From a virus: DNA of 64,000 nucleotides. The stretch is from the IMG/VR virus record IMGVR_UViG_3300044568_003939. One strand, written 5' to 3'. Of this stretch, positions 19,329 to 30,924 are shown piece by piece. A program made the translations under genes and the position numbers. Each line of letters opens with the position of its first letter. The stretch's first letter is position 1. The notes beneath the pieces are model-generated. The model was not told the DNA's origin. It ran no database searches and saw nothing but the letters and a program-made list of their open reading frames with translations.

Positions 19329-21284
19329 ATGTTATTAAGTATTGCAGACGGCCGCCCACGAAATCTTGAAAGTGTACGTACACAATCATTGTTTCCTGAC
19401 AATATACAATCTGGTGCAGCAAATATCATTGCATTTATTCAAGAGTATTATAACTACATCAATACTCATGGATTGCCTTCGGCTGAAATCGGCAGCATAA
19501 TTACAGATAAAGATATTGATGTTGTAAGCAATAACTATCTTGATAGCATAGGCAATCTTATTGCAAACAATATACCCAACAGTACTTCTTTAGATAAAGT
19601 CTCATTGTATAAAATTATTGTAAAGTATTACAATACGCGCGGTAGTGAAGATAGTATAACTGCATTCTTTAAGATATTCTTAAATGAAACCGTTTCAATC
19701 TTTTATCCTAAAGAATACCTGTTTACACCTTCAAGCGGTAAGATCAATTGGGATCCATATGATGTGCCACCATTAGAATTGACGGCGGCTCCAGTCAATG
19801 GAGTAGCTGACACCATTACTATCAATAACAGTGGCTTTGAAAATCTAATAATTGCCGACAGTAACGATTCGCTATTAACATTAAATGATACCACAGTAAT
19901 AACATTAGACCCAGTCCTTACTAGTGAAGGTGTTGTTATAAACTTTCCAACACTAACGTATGCTGGGTTTTATAATGGACGACTTGCATACACCAGTACT
20001 GGCACACTAACGAATTTATTACAGCAACCGTACGCGTTATATTATGATGAGCAATACGCGGCATGGATATTGCGTGGAGGTGTTGGTGCAACCGCTGGCT
20101 ATTGGTATAGCACGCAAATCACTGGTGCCAATCTACTAGCGCCTCCCACAAATCAAGGAGCTGTTTGGGCTCCCAAGTTATCGTCAACAGTAGGTGTTCC
20201 ATTTTTAAATTTTGTTGATGGAGATGCTGCAGCTACACAACCAACAAATGGCAATCTTTATGCACGAACAGGAACCTTTCCAAATCGCACTGTTTACAAA
20301 TGTGTTGATGACGGCAGTTTACCTGGGCATAGTATAATTTGGCAATTGCAAAGCGGTCCAGAATATGTATATGAAGATCATAAAGGATTTGCTTCAGACT
20401 CTTATAAGATTCAGGATAGCAACTATTGGCAAAACTATTCATATGACATACAATCCAACAGCGATGCAACTGTATGGCGTAATGCATTTTTAAAATTTGT
20501 TCATCCAGCTGGTTTAAAACTATTTACTTCGCTACTATTGGAAATACAAAGTCTTAATGTTTGGGATTCGTTTATTTCATACCAATTGCCAAACCCACAA
20601 GATCGTTATAGTTGGTTGGGCGCTTTAAATCCAACAGATACATATCAACGTCATACACCAAAATACCAACCGGGCTGGTTGTCGATTAGTGATCTTGAAT
20701 ACATCTTTACTGTATTATTCGCTGAAGGCAGTATAGCATTATCGCGTGAAGTAATCATGATCTTTCAACTCATTATGTCTTCGGAATATAGTGAAAGACA
20801 GCTAGTTAGCCAAGAGTATGATCTTAATGGAATAAAGTTTAGAGACCCATCATGTTTGGGCGATGGCTTTTTGGGTAGTGACAGAACAATTTCTTCAATG
20901 ATCAATTCAGGTCTTGCAACAGTTATAGTTTCTTCTGTTATTGGAAGTGGAGCTGCAGGGCCCGTTGCAAGCGTTACCATTCTTAATGCAGGTGTTGGAT
21001 ATATTGTTGGTACTGGTAAAGTTACAACTGGTGGATCTGGAAGTAATTTCGCATTAAACATAACTGCGGTTGATAACAATGGAGGAATTACTTCTATATC
21101 AACACCATTGAATACTTTAGGTTTTAATTATAAAGTTGGCGACGTTCTTACAATTACCAATGGAGCATTTAATTATCTACATTCTTATGCTTATAAGATG
21201 TTGAATGTATCTTCCATTGTAAGAAGCGGCTCTGGTAGTGCAACCACACAAACTGAGTTAATAGCCAACTATCCACTCGTATAA
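19329..21284 (+). CDS. gp7: Baseplate wedge initiator
   Basis: FIQEYYNY, YYNTRGSEDS...FFKI, IQDSNYWQNYSY, FVHPAGLKLF. Confidence 0.8.
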   Translation: MLLSIADGRPRNLESVRTQSLFPDNIQSGAANIIAFIQEYYNYINTHGLPSAEIGSIITDKDIDVVSNNYLDSIGNLIANNIPNSTSLDKVSLYKIIVKYYNTRGSEDSITAFFKIFLNETVSIFYPKEYLFTPSSGKINWDPYDVPPLELTAAPVNGVADTITINNSGFENLIIADSNDSLLTLNDTTVITLDPVLTSEGVVINFPTLTYAGFYNGRLAYTSTGTLTNLLQQPYALYYDEQYAAWILRGGVGATAGYWYSTQITGANLLAPPTNQGAVWAPKLSSTVGVPFLNFVDGDAAATQPTNGNLYARTGTFPNRTVYKCVDDGSLPGHSIIWQLQSGPEYVYEDHKGFASDSYKIQDSNYWQNYSYDIQSNSDATVWRNAFLKFVHPAGLKLFTSLLLEIQSLNVWDSFISYQLPNPQDRYSWLGALNPTDTYQRHTPKYQPGWLSISDLEYIFTVLFAEGSIALSREVIMIFQLIMSSEYSERQLVSQEYDLNGIKFRDPSCLGDGFLGSDRTISSMINSGLATVIVSSVIGSGAAGPVASVTILNAGVGYIVGTGKVTTGGSGSNFALNITAVDNNGGITSISTPLNTLGFNYKVGDVLTITNGAFNYLHSYAYKMLNVSSIVRSGSGSATTQTELIANYPLV

Positions 21285-21306
21285 ATAGATTCAAATAATA
21301 TAAAAT

Positions 21307-22698
21307 ATGTCAGCAATTATTACAGACAACTTTCGCAGAAATAGTGCAAAATTATTTTTAAACGATATAGCCGGAGTCACCAATAACTATTACTTGGGAA
21401 TTGGCAAATCTGACAAATGGCCTAATGCAGGTGCTGTAACAGAAGATGCTTCTGGTTATAACGTTGCTGCTCCAGTTGGATCATTTAGCGATGCGTTAGA
21501 AGTGTTGAATAATGTTGCCACATTTAGCAAACTTGGAGCTAGCAATACAACACTAGTAATTCCAAACGTACCATATGCTAGCGGTAACAGATATAAAGCA
21601 TATAATAGTTATGACAGCGGTTGCTTTTATGCAACTGGAAACCTGTTGCCATGTTATGCAACAACGCCAACTGGTATGTATCTTTGCTTAGCTAACAATT
21701 CCGGAGGTCTTACCGCCAGCCCACCATCCGATACATCTACATATGCTCCAGCCCAAGGTGGTGATAATTATGTTTGGATTTTGGTGCAACCTGTAAGTCA
21801 GCTTGGAACGGCATTCATAACTGATCAATTTATTGAGGTAAGTCAGACGCCATTGACTAGTACTCCGTTGGCAAACAGTACAGCTTACGGCGGACTATGC
21901 AGCCCAGTGTTTCACGTGGTGAATGGCGGATCTGGATATACTGGAACGGCTCCAGTAGTAACATTACGAGGAAGCGATGCCGTCGGAACCACAACATATA
22001 CTCAAACGTTGACAGCTACAGTTGTAGGCGGAGTTATTACTGGAGTTATACACAGCCTCACTTTAGCTAACTGGCCAAAAGGATTGCAGGTTGCATCTGT
22101 AGAAGTTACTCATGCTACAGGCACTGGCGCAATTGTTGTTCCGGTCATTGCACCACGTTTAGGATATGGTCATATCCCAGCTGCTGTTATGCCATCTTGG
22201 TATGCTGGTGTATCTGTTGATTTGCCTGATGGTATCAGCTCAGATAACTTTTATACTCCATATCGTCAAGTTTCGATTGTTCGCAATCCGAACACAACGG
22301 CTACAACTGCAAATGCATTGCGATCACTTACTTTACCAACTGGTCATAGTGTTCCTTCTATTACTGACGCTAATGCTTTGATAACTGATGCCAGTGGAGT
22401 ACCATTTGCAGTTGCTGATGCAGTTGTTGGAAATACTTTATATTTCCACCAAAATTACACTTCAGGCTTTAAAGAACTAGCTGCAAGCACTACTTTCCGT
22501 TTATCAACCACAGGATCTACCAATTATACATACACCGCGGTTAATGCTTCAGAATGTACATCAAACTTTAATGGCATTACTGGTGGAGATGGTATATTTG
22601 CACGTACCGTTGGAGAAGTTGTATTTGTTGAGAATCGCAAAAAAATTACACGTAGTGCTGGTCAAACTGAAAAAATCAAAATAATCATTCAATTCTAA
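21307..22698 (+). CDS. gp8: Baseplate wedge subunit
   Basis: MSAIITDNFR, YRQVSIVRNP, GEVVFVENR..ITRSAGQTEKIKIIIQF; TATAAATA at 21280-21287. Confidence 0.88.
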   Translation: MSAIITDNFRRNSAKLFLNDIAGVTNNYYLGIGKSDKWPNAGAVTEDASGYNVAAPVGSFSDALEVLNNVATFSKLGASNTTLVIPNVPYASGNRYKAYNSYDSGCFYATGNLLPCYATTPTGMYLCLANNSGGLTASPPSDTSTYAPAQGGDNYVWILVQPVSQLGTAFITDQFIEVSQTPLTSTPLANSTAYGGLCSPVFHVVNGGSGYTGTAPVVTLRGSDAVGTTTYTQTLTATVVGGVITGVIHSLTLANWPKGLQVASVEVTHATGTGAIVVPVIAPRLGYGHIPAAVMPSWYAGVSVDLPDGISSDNFYTPYRQVSIVRNPNTTATTANALRSLTLPTGHSVPSITDANALITDASGVPFAVADAVVGNTLYFHQNYTSGFKELAASTTFRLSTTGSTNYTYTAVNASECTSNFNGITGGDGIFARTVGEVVFVENRKKITRSAGQTEKIKIIIQF

Positions 22699-25600
22699 TG
22701 CCAATTACAACAGACAACAATATATACCGCGATGATTTTACGGCTTCGAATGTAGATGCAAAAAATTATTTGCGTATCTTGTTTAAAGCAGGATACAGTG
22801 TTCAGGTTCGTGAATTGAATCAGATGCAGAGCATACTGCAAAACCAAATCAATAAATTTGGTCTGAGCGTATGGAAGGATGGAGCTGCAGTTATTGGTGG
22901 CAGTTGTACATATGACCAAACCATTCAATACATTGATGCTACGGTTACTGGTACTAATGTATCAACCGCAATCCTTGCATCAACTAACATACTCCCTTTT
23001 AATGGATTAGCTGCAAGTATATTGGGTGTAAAAAGTTTAGGCGTAAGCGGTGCATACCGCATATTCTTAAGATACAATAATAGCGCAACCGGTGGTGTAG
23101 TTGCAGCATACTCTATCAGCAATGCTTTAAGCACAAACAATGCATTGAATGTTGCTGTGACAGCAACCGGTTATGCAGCTGGCATATTTCTTTCAAAAGG
23201 AGTATTCTTCACAAAAGGAAGTTTTGTTGCAACTGATGCACAAAGTGTTTTCTTTACGCTAGATACTAAAGATGCTAGTGTAAACGGTAAAGCTTACCTT
23301 TACGTAGCTGAAACATTTGTTGACTATACAACTGATGCATCATTAACAGACAATGCAAATGGTACTCCCAATTATAATGCTCCTGGCGCTGATCGTTATG
23401 CTGTAGATTTGACATTAACCTTTGAAGCGGACGGGAGTGCAGCCAACACATCAGATAAAATTTCTCTGTTGACAGTTGTTAATAGCGTACCTGCGGTAGC
23501 AATGCGCGATCGTTATAGCGATCTAGACCGTCAACTTGCACAACGCACATATGAAGAAAGCGGAAGTTATACACTCAATCCGTTTAGGGCTCACATTCGC
23601 GAATTGTATAACAATGGCAGCAACTATGGCCGTTATGTTAGCTCTGAATTGGATAAAGCTGGTTATAGTATTAGTGCAGGCGACTTGCCAGCTAGCATAG
23701 CTGACGCACAAACGCGCTACAGCTTGGGTATTGATCCGTCGGTTGCCTATGTGTATGGCTACCGCGTTGCACCACTCGACAAGAACGAATTGAATGCTCC
23801 CAAGGCACGCACACTTTCACCATTGACACCAGCCAATACATATGCGAATATTGGAAACTATGTGATTGGATCTTTTGAGTCTGGTTCATACTTGCCCATC
23901 ATCACAGAGATCAGTAGTACATACAGAGTTGGACTAACTAAAACATATGATGGATCACTCACAAGCACTGTCACGTCAATTTCGCTACCCAACACAACTG
24001 GCATAACAGTTGGTATGACTATGTATGGATCAACTTCTGGTCCGATGACAACCGGAGTTGTAATTACATCAGTTGGTGCAAATACTATTGGATTTACATC
24101 AACGGCTATTACAATTACTAACAATGAAGTATTAAATTTTGTAGCCGGAACAACCAAAATTAAAGCCGTTGAAGTTGAAGGCGCATCAACATATCGCTTG
24201 TATCTTTATGACACCATCATAACTGCAACTGGAGGATTTAATTTGACTGATATTACACGAGTATGGAATACTGGTAGCACAGCTGTTAAATTTACGGTTG
24301 CAACTGGAGGAGCACTCGCCTTTGCTAGCAATGATACTGCAGTATTCAAATTGCCGTTTGATGCAGTAAGTAGGCTGACTAATATCCAATACAACATCCT
24401 GCATACTAGCAGCCCGGTACCAAGCCCCAATACTAGTGTTACCCAAATTACAGTGGATTGCAGTGGTGGTCGTGTATTTTCGGATACTAGCCCAGGCGGT
24501 ATAATCTTTTTTGTTAATGGAGTTAGAAAAACAGATTTTACTACAAGCGAGCAGCCTGGACAAGTTTTAACATTAAGTTGGACTAGCGGGGCGTTGACCG
24601 GAGCAAACTATACTGTTATTGCACCTGTTACTGTTGGTATTCTTTCTGAGGGTGGCGCAGGCACAATAACAAAGACACTCACAGCAGATAATCAAACAAT
24701 GACTGCAACTAACGCGCAAACGGTATTTACTCTTTCTAAAGCAGAAGTATTTGCATTAACAAAAATAACTATTGGCACTGCCCCCGTATTTGTCCCACCT
24801 CTTACTGACTGGGTTATCAGTGATGATGGGCAACGTGATAATTACTTTACAAACGTTAAGGTTAAATATATTGGTAAGAAAAACTTAGACGGACTAAGTA
24901 TAAAATTCGAGTATACCTATTTCCTGCGGTCGTCATATACCACCGTGTGTGCTGCGGTCAACAGCTATTTACCAAATTCAACAAATCAAACACTAGGGTT
25001 AACATATTCAACCATACCATCATACAAAGGAGTACGCCTTGCTGATTGTATTGATTTCCGCCCCGTGATACTTACAGGTAGCACTGGTGTTGTAGATGTA
25101 TTAAATCCTTATAGTAGCATAAGTGCGGCTGCTCAATTTTATTTGCCTAGAATTGACAAAGTGTGTGTCGATTATAATGGAAACTTTGAAATTACACAAG
25201 GGAATGCGGAATTGAATCCGCGTGTTCCTGAGACACCGCCCAAGTCGATGGCTCTATATACATTAGCGGTTCCAGCATATACACACAATGCTACTGATAT
25301 TGTTTCAACATATATTGATAACCGCCGCTATACTATGCGAGACATTGGCGGATTGGAAAGCCGCATTAAGAATATCGAATACTACACTACACTATCATTG
25401 CTTGAAAAATCAGCAAATGATAAGCCAATTTTTGATAGCACTGGCAGCCGCTTTAAGAATGGTATATTGGTAGATTCATTCTACAATAACAATACTGCAA
25501 ACATTGGCAGTGAAGCTTACGCGGCCTCAATTGACATTACAAAAGGTATACTATACCCACAGTATTCTTCTCGTCGCTTTGACTTCAAAAAAGTTGACAA

Positions 25601-28007
25601 CACACTATCTTCAATTAAGATTAACAGCAATACTGCTACTTTAGCATATTCCGAAACTCCACTAATCTCTCAATCATATGCTACTGAATATGAAAGTGTA
25701 AATCCATATGATCTTGCATCCTTTGTTGGTAATGTTACACTAACACCCGGTTCCGACGAATGGAAGGAAGTAACAAATACTACGGTGTATGCCGCGCTCA
25801 ATACTGCAAATTATGATACAGTAAAAGATACTGCAGTGTTGGGTACAATATGGAATGAATGGACTACAAATTGGACCGGTTCTACAGTCACACGGAGTGC
25901 TCCGCATGTGGTAAGTGCTCCTGACGGTGTGATGCGTCAAGCTGTTATAACTACTGAAACAGGTAGACAATCAAGAGTTGGATTGCAAACACAATTAAAC
26001 TTTACCGATATTACACAAAATAATGGTGAACGAGTAGTTGATGTTACTTTTATTCCATTTATTCGTTCGCGTAAAGTTTATTTTAGCGCAACTGGGCTTA
26101 AGCCAAATACAAAGGTATATCCATTCTTTGACGGCATTGATATAAGTGCATACTCAATGCAATTGGATAGCATCGTTGATTATAAAAATAGTGCTGAAGT
26201 AAAAACTTATAACGGTATCAGTCCAGCCAATACAGCGCTTTCAACAATTGGTATTGTCACTTCAGCGCTGATAACAAATGTTGCTGGTGAAATTAAAGGA
26301 GTGTTTCTTATTCCCAACAATGAAGTTTATAAGTTTAGGACTGGTTCACGCTCATTCCGTTTAGCTGATAGTTCGCGTAACCTACCTAGCGAAATCACGA
26401 CATATGCAGATTCAAATTATGCTGCAAATGGATTAACTCAAACGAACGAAACACTAATAACAAGTACTCGTATTCCTCAATTATCTCAAACAAGAGTTGA
26501 CCAATCGGGAGCTGTTAGTAGAGTTACTAAAGTACAGTATGTAGATCCACTTGCGCAAAGTTTCATGATTGGTGACATTGAAACTGGTGCTTTTGTTACA
26601 AGCCTTGACCTGTATTTCCAAAGCACCAGCGCTACTTTGCCAGTCACCGTTGAAATTGTCACAGTTGAAAATGGTACGCCTACACAAAAAGTAGTACCAT
26701 TCTCACAGGTATCGCTCAATCCTTATACAATTGACGGAAGCGGCGCATATACAACTACACGGGTTGTTCAAATCAGTCAAAATGGTAGCGCAGCTACACG
26801 ATTCACGTTTAGCGATCCTGTGTATCTAAAAGCTGGAGCTGAATATGCAATTGTTGTAAAATCAAATGATCCTGCATACCGCATATATGTTGCGCGCGTC
26901 GGTGGAACTGACCTTGCTACATCTCAAAAGATTACAAAGAATGTATATGCTGGTGTTATGTTTATGAGTCAAAATGCTAGTACATGGACTCCAGATCAAA
27001 CACGAGACTTTAAGTTTGTGCTTAATCGCGCAGCGTTTGTTGGTTCAGGTTCACTGCAATTTAAACCGACATTCTCTACTGGTGTTGAAAGTGTAACAAT
27101 TAGCGCGGGTGGTAGCGGCTTTACTCAAGCGGGAGCAAGCATGACTTTTGCTGCACCGTCAACTGTAAAACCGGGTGATATAGCTGCAACAGGTGTGCCA
27201 ACAGTTGATATATTAACAGGATCAATTGTCAGCGTAAGAGTGACCAACGCTGGCAACGGTTATGCATATAATGAAAGTCCGACGCTAACATTTGCTAACA
27301 CAGGTACAACACCCGTGGCTCCAACGGCAACAGCTAACCTACTGAATGTTCCAGTTACTACATTCAATTTAGCTCAAGAGAATATAACTGTTGAAGGCAC
27401 TGGTATAACCAACACACTTCGCCTTGATAATTTAACGCCAATCATAATTAGTCCTAATGAAAATTACGACTTAAAAACTGCTTTTTCGGTGGATCTTTCA
27501 ACTGCACCAAACACAAGTATGACAACGGTGCTGTCAACTAGAAGTGATTATGTAAGTCCAGTGATTGATTTGGACCGTGTATCATTGCTTACTGTTAAGA
27601 ATGAAATCAATGCATTGGCTGACAACGATACAACCGAAACGACAGCCGACAAAGGAGCTGCAACTTCTCGTTACGTAACAAAAACAGTAAATCTTAACAA
27701 TCCAGCTGATCAGTTAAATATTTACATCAATGCAAATCGCCCAACCGCAGCTGCAAAAATTACACTATATGCAAAATTAGCATATGATGGCGCAAGTGCA
27801 ACTCCGACAAGCTGGGTTAAGATATCACCAGTGAATGCAATTCCTGTGTCGAGCAACTCTGAAGAATACGCTGAAGCAGAATATACACTGTCAAGTCCAG
27901 CAAATGATTTTATTAGCTTTACCATTAAAATTGTGTTTTCATCGGACAACCTGTATGATGTTCCATCTATACGCGATTTCCGCGCTATTGCTACAACTGG
28001 TGTATGA
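22698..28007 (+). CDS. Large virion structural protein (VrlC/DUF4815-like)
   Basis: YRDDF...YLRILFKAGYSVQVRELNQMQ, APGADRY, RTYEESG, NRRYTMRDIG, DPLAQSF, DFRAIA. Confidence 0.85.
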   Translation: MPITTDNNIYRDDFTASNVDAKNYLRILFKAGYSVQVRELNQMQSILQNQINKFGLSVWKDGAAVIGGSCTYDQTIQYIDATVTGTNVSTAILASTNILPFNGLAASILGVKSLGVSGAYRIFLRYNNSATGGVVAAYSISNALSTNNALNVAVTATGYAAGIFLSKGVFFTKGSFVATDAQSVFFTLDTKDASVNGKAYLYVAETFVDYTTDASLTDNANGTPNYNAPGADRYAVDLTLTFEADGSAANTSDKISLLTVVNSVPAVAMRDRYSDLDRQLAQRTYEESGSYTLNPFRAHIRELYNNGSNYGRYVSSELDKAGYSISAGDLPASIADAQTRYSLGIDPSVAYVYGYRVAPLDKNELNAPKARTLSPLTPANTYANIGNYVIGSFESGSYLPIITEISSTYRVGLTKTYDGSLTSTVTSISLPNTTGITVGMTMYGSTSGPMTTGVVITSVGANTIGFTSTAITITNNEVLNFVAGTTKIKAVEVEGASTYRLYLYDTIITATGGFNLTDITRVWNTGSTAVKFTVATGGALAFASNDTAVFKLPFDAVSRLTNIQYNILHTSSPVPSPNTSVTQITVDCSGGRVFSDTSPGGIIFFVNGVRKTDFTTSEQPGQVLTLSWTSGALTGANYTVIAPVTVGILSEGGAGTITKTLTADNQTMTATNAQTVFTLSKAEVFALTKITIGTAPVFVPPLTDWVISDDGQRDNYFTNVKVKYIGKKNLDGLSIKFEYTYFLRSSYTTVCAAVNSYLPNSTNQTLGLTYSTIPSYKGVRLADCIDFRPVILTGSTGVVDVLNPYSSISAAAQFYLPRIDKVCVDYNGNFEITQGNAELNPRVPETPPKSMALYTLAVPAYTHNATDIVSTYIDNRRYTMRDIGGLESRIKNIEYYTTLSLLEKSANDKPIFDSTGSRFKNGILVDSFYNNNTANIGSEAYAASIDITKGILYPQYSSRRFDFKKVDNTLSSIKINSNTATLAYSETPLISQSYATEYESVNPYDLASFVGNVTLTPGSDEWKEVTNTTVYAALNTANYDTVKDTAVLGTIWNEWTTNWTGSTVTRSAPHVVSAPDGVMRQAVITTETGRQSRVGLQTQLNFTDITQNNGERVVDVTFIPFIRSRKVYFSATGLKPNTKVYPFFDGIDISAYSMQLDSIVDYKNSAEVKTYNGISPANTALSTIGIVTSALITNVAGEIKGVFLIPNNEVYKFRTGSRSFRLADSSRNLPSEITTYADSNYAANGLTQTNETLITSTRIPQLSQTRVDQSGAVSRVTKVQYVDPLAQSFMIGDIETGAFVTSLDLYFQSTSATLPVTVEIVTVENGTPTQKVVPFSQVSLNPYTIDGSGAYTTTRVVQISQNGSAATRFTFSDPVYLKAGAEYAIVVKSNDPAYRIYVARVGGTDLATSQKITKNVYAGVMFMSQNASTWTPDQTRDFKFVLNRAAFVGSGSLQFKPTFSTGVESVTISAGGSGFTQAGASMTFAAPSTVKPGDIAATGVPTVDILTGSIVSVRVTNAGNGYAYNESPTLTFANTGTTPVAPTATANLLNVPVTTFNLAQENITVEGTGITNTLRLDNLTPIIISPNENYDLKTAFSVDLSTAPNTSMTTVLSTRSDYVSPVIDLDRVSLLTVKNEINALADNDTTETTADKGAATSRYVTKTVNLNNPADQLNIYINANRPTAAAKITLYAKLAYDGASATPTSWVKISPVNAIPVSSNSEEYAEAEYTLSSPANDFISFTIKIVFSSDNLYDVPSIRDFRAIATTGV

Positions 28008-28231
28008 AGATAAAAGTAAAAGATAGTACGGCATTAGAGCGCGATGTAGGTAGCAATGCTATCATCAATGTTGATGGCTCTGCATATGCGGCTGTGCTTG
28101 CTAAGCGTAAAGCAACTGCTGAAGCACGAATTAAGGTAAATGCTCTTGAAGAAGAAGTATCACATCTTAAAGAATCACAACGCCAATTGCAAGAAACTGT
28201 AAATAAACTAATAAGTCTCCTAGATAAATAA
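28004..28231 (+). CDS. Small conserved coiled-coil protein
   Basis: KVKD...LERD..SNAIIN, typical of the gene after the VrlC-like ORF. Confidence 0.7.
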   Translation: MKIKVKDSTALERDVGSNAIINVDGSAYAAVLAKRKATAEARIKVNALEEEVSHLKESQRQLQETVNKLISLLDK

Positions 28232-28236
28232 CAACA

Positions 28237-29604
28237 ATGGAATCTTCTGAATACAATCTATTTTCAAGCATCTCAACCAACGGTGTTACTGTTGCCGATA
28301 CATTCAACACGTGGCGCAAAAGCACAAATGGTATTATTCAAAAACTTACCGTTGAAGCTGGCAGTCCTACATGGGATACCTCTGGAAAATTAGTCATTGG
28401 TAGTATTGTAGCTGACACTGGTAGTGCTATAGTTGATGTAGGAGTAGCAAGCACTGGAAGCCGTGCCGCAATCTTAAATCTAGGGAGTGCTTCAAATGTT
28501 AATAGCGTTGTAATTAATCGTGCTAGCGGAACAAACGGAAGCTTTAGCGTTACAAATAATGGAACGGGATTGTTTAGCTTAAGCCAAGACGGTGCGGGTG
28601 CTATAAGCATATTGACAAGTGCAACCGAAAGAGTGCGAATATTGTCTGGCGGAAATGTTGGCATAGGCACCGCTACACCTGATTCATTGCTACATGTAAA
28701 TGGTGGTAATTTTAAAGTTAGCGGAACAATCACAAGCGGAGCAATTAGTAGCAGCGGCACCATTGGTGGAACTAATATCACTGCATCAGGATTTCTTAAT
28801 GCCGCTACACTTGGAATAGGAAACAGCAACACGGCATTTACTGTTAGTGCTCTTGGTGCTATTGTAGGAACGGCACTAAATGCTGGTGCTGGAGCAATTT
28901 CTACAACAGGTGCATTAAATGCTGGCACACTTAATGTTGGCACAGTACCGCAATTTACTGTTAGTGCTCTTGGTGCTATTGTAGGAACGGCACTAAATGC
29001 TGGTGCTGGAGCAATTGTTACAACCGGTGCAATATCAGGTGGTGGTTTAAAATCTACAAAAAATTCACAAACTGGATATGGTGATGCAGCTTTAATTAGT
29101 GAAAGTGCAAGCGGAGATGCTGGCATAACATTGCATTGTTTCGGAGCAAATGCGGTGTATCTCAAATGCGCACGAGACGCTATAAGCGGTTATGCAGCTG
29201 GCAGTTTACATATAATAACTCATGTTGGAACCACATCGTATGCTAATATTATAGTTAATCAACTTGATGCAAAAGGCGACATCGTTGCTTATAGTACATC
29301 CGACCGCAAGTATAAAGACAACATAGTAAACATTACAAATCCATTGGACAAAGTGTCTCGTATAAATGGTGTGTCCTTTGACTGGAATAACCAACAGTCT
29401 GCATTCTCTGGTCATGACATTGGTGTAATTGCTCAAGAAGTTGAAGCTGTATTGCCTGAGATTGTAGCTACGCGCGAAGATGGAAGTAAGGCTGTTAAGT
29501 ATGATAGGATTGTAGCACTTCTCATTGAATGCGTTAAAGAACTTAAGGTTAGCAACGAGCAGTTGCATGCTGAAGTAGACGCATTAAAACTTCTTGTTAA
29601 ATGA
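28237..29604 (+). CDS. Tail fibre with C-terminal intramolecular chaperone (peptidase S74-like)
   Basis: DTFNTWR..TN anchor; GNVGIGT; SDRKYKDNI...GVIAQEVEAVLPE...VKYDRIVALLIE. Confidence 0.88.
   Translation: MESSEYNLFSSISTNGVTVADTFNTWRKSTNGIIQKLTVEAGSPTWDTSGKLVIGSIVADTGSAIVDVGVASTGSRAAILNLGSASNVNSVVINRASGTNGSFSVTNNGTGLFSLSQDGAGAISILTSATERVRILSGGNVGIGTATPDSLLHVNGGNFKVSGTITSGAISSSGTIGGTNITASGFLNAATLGIGNSNTAFTVSALGAIVGTALNAGAGAISTTGALNAGTLNVGTVPQFTVSALGAIVGTALNAGAGAIVTTGAISGGGLKSTKNSQTGYGDAALISESASGDAGITLHCFGANAVYLKCARDAISGYAAGSLHIITHVGTTSYANIIVNQLDAKGDIVAYSTSDRKYKDNIVNITNPLDKVSRINGVSFDWNNQQSAFSGHDIGVIAQEVEAVLPEIVATREDGSKAVKYDRIVALLIECVKELKVSNEQLHAEVDALKLLVK
28836..29016 (+). repeat. 64-bp exact direct repeat (117-bp period) in the fibre shaft
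   Basis: atttactgttagtgctc...ggagcaatt at 28836-28899 and 28953-29016. Confidence 0.9.
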
Positions 29605-29616
29605 TACCTTTAATAT

Positions 29617-30171
29617 ATGTCAAAACTTCAATCATCGGGTTTAATATCTTTAGGCAACCTTGCCGACGAATATATAGTATCAAAATCTAATGTCAGCTTC
29701 AATGCATTTCATAAAGTAGCTCCTGGTACAAGCTTAGGACCAGTAAATGGTGTAGTTAAAAGTATAGCAAATAATGCTGCTGTTCCTGCAAGTGGGCAAA
29801 TACGGTTAAGTAATTTTTATGGGTCTGGCTGGTATTACAAAAGAGTTTATTTTCTGTTAACATCCGCAACGGTATTAAGTTCAACCGCTGGTACATATAA
29901 CAGTAACGGTACAATTAGAGTTTATGTTGATGGCTCAAGTTCTAATTATACCGTAAGCGTAACAGGCCGAGCTGGTCAAACATTATCTCAAAACGGATTT
30001 GACGGCTCAGTATACGCACAATTTGATGGATTGGCTGGAGATGTGGCATATACAATAACCGTAACAGATAATCTTTTCGGGACAACTTATACCTTTACCG
30101 CAAACATTTCAAAAGGCGGCACTAGCACCGTAACTGGCTATGCCACAACAACATGGCATAATGTCGGATAA
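29617..30171 (+). CDS. Putative fibre tip/adhesin
   Basis: LQSSG.ISL...VPASGQIRLSNFYG N-terminus typical of genes following S74 fibres; beta-rich C-terminus. Confidence 0.6.
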   Translation: MSKLQSSGLISLGNLADEYIVSKSNVSFNAFHKVAPGTSLGPVNGVVKSIANNAAVPASGQIRLSNFYGSGWYYKRVYFLLTSATVLSSTAGTYNSNGTIRVYVDGSSSNYTVSVTGRAGQTLSQNGFDGSVYAQFDGLAGDVAYTITVTDNLFGTTYTFTANISKGGTSTVTGYATTTWHNVG

Positions 30172-30183
30172 ATTAAAAAGAGT

Positions 30184-30900
30184 ATGAATACACCATTTTT
30201 AGAAATTTTCAAAAAAGATATATGTAATGGGCCTGTGTGTATTACTTATAAAGAACGAGAAGATGTTGTATATACTAAGTTTTTTTACAAAGTAGAAGAT
30301 GTAGATTTTTATGATACAACTAATGATGTTTTTCATCTTGTTTCACATATAGATAATAAAACAAAAACCATTAAAGGTTGTGATATTATCAAGTTTGAAT
30401 CGCTAAAAGAAGATGACACTTTTGATGTTAAAAAATATTTCTTAGATAAAGCAGAAAAAATAAAAGCAGATTATAAAGAAATATTAAATTTTGATTATTC
30501 CGATTCATTTAATAATTTTAATGATTACTTTTTTAATGAAAACGTAAGTTTAAATGATCTTAAGATGGTGTGTATGCTTGGCTTACCATCATTTGATAGT
30601 CTTGAAAGTGGCGGTGAAGATACCTTGATTAGAATAAAAGAAGTATGGAAAGCTCAAATTGAATTGCATAAAGTTGAAATTTTAAAATATCTTAAAAGTG
30701 AAATTGATTTGCCTGATTCTTCATATGATGCAGATACAGTTAAAGAAATTATGAATTTGATCACAGAATTTAATCCTTCATCAACATTAAATTCTATAAA
30801 GTCCAAAGAAGAATTGTTTGAATATTGGCCTAGTATACTATTACCTGCGCCAGATTTTATAAATGAAATACATACATTATATGCAACACGCAACATATAA
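30184..30900 (+). CDS. Hypothetical protein, first gene of the AT-rich island
   Basis: 238-aa ORF, no motif recognised. Confidence 0.55.
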   Translation: MNTPFLEIFKKDICNGPVCITYKEREDVVYTKFFYKVEDVDFYDTTNDVFHLVSHIDNKTKTIKGCDIIKFESLKEDDTFDVKKYFLDKAEKIKADYKEILNFDYSDSFNNFNDYFFNENVSLNDLKMVCMLGLPSFDSLESGGEDTLIRIKEVWKAQIELHKVEILKYLKSEIDLPDSSYDADTVKEIMNLITEFNPSSTLNSIKSKEELFEYWPSILLPAPDFINEIHTLYATRNI

Positions 30901-30924
30901 TGAAAATCTCATTTATTAATTTTC

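Noticed and set aside
28338-29165. Long antisense ORFs opposite fibre, scaffold and tape-measure genes (also 59993-60649, 5298-5804)
   Set aside because: Explained by codon bias of the sense genes
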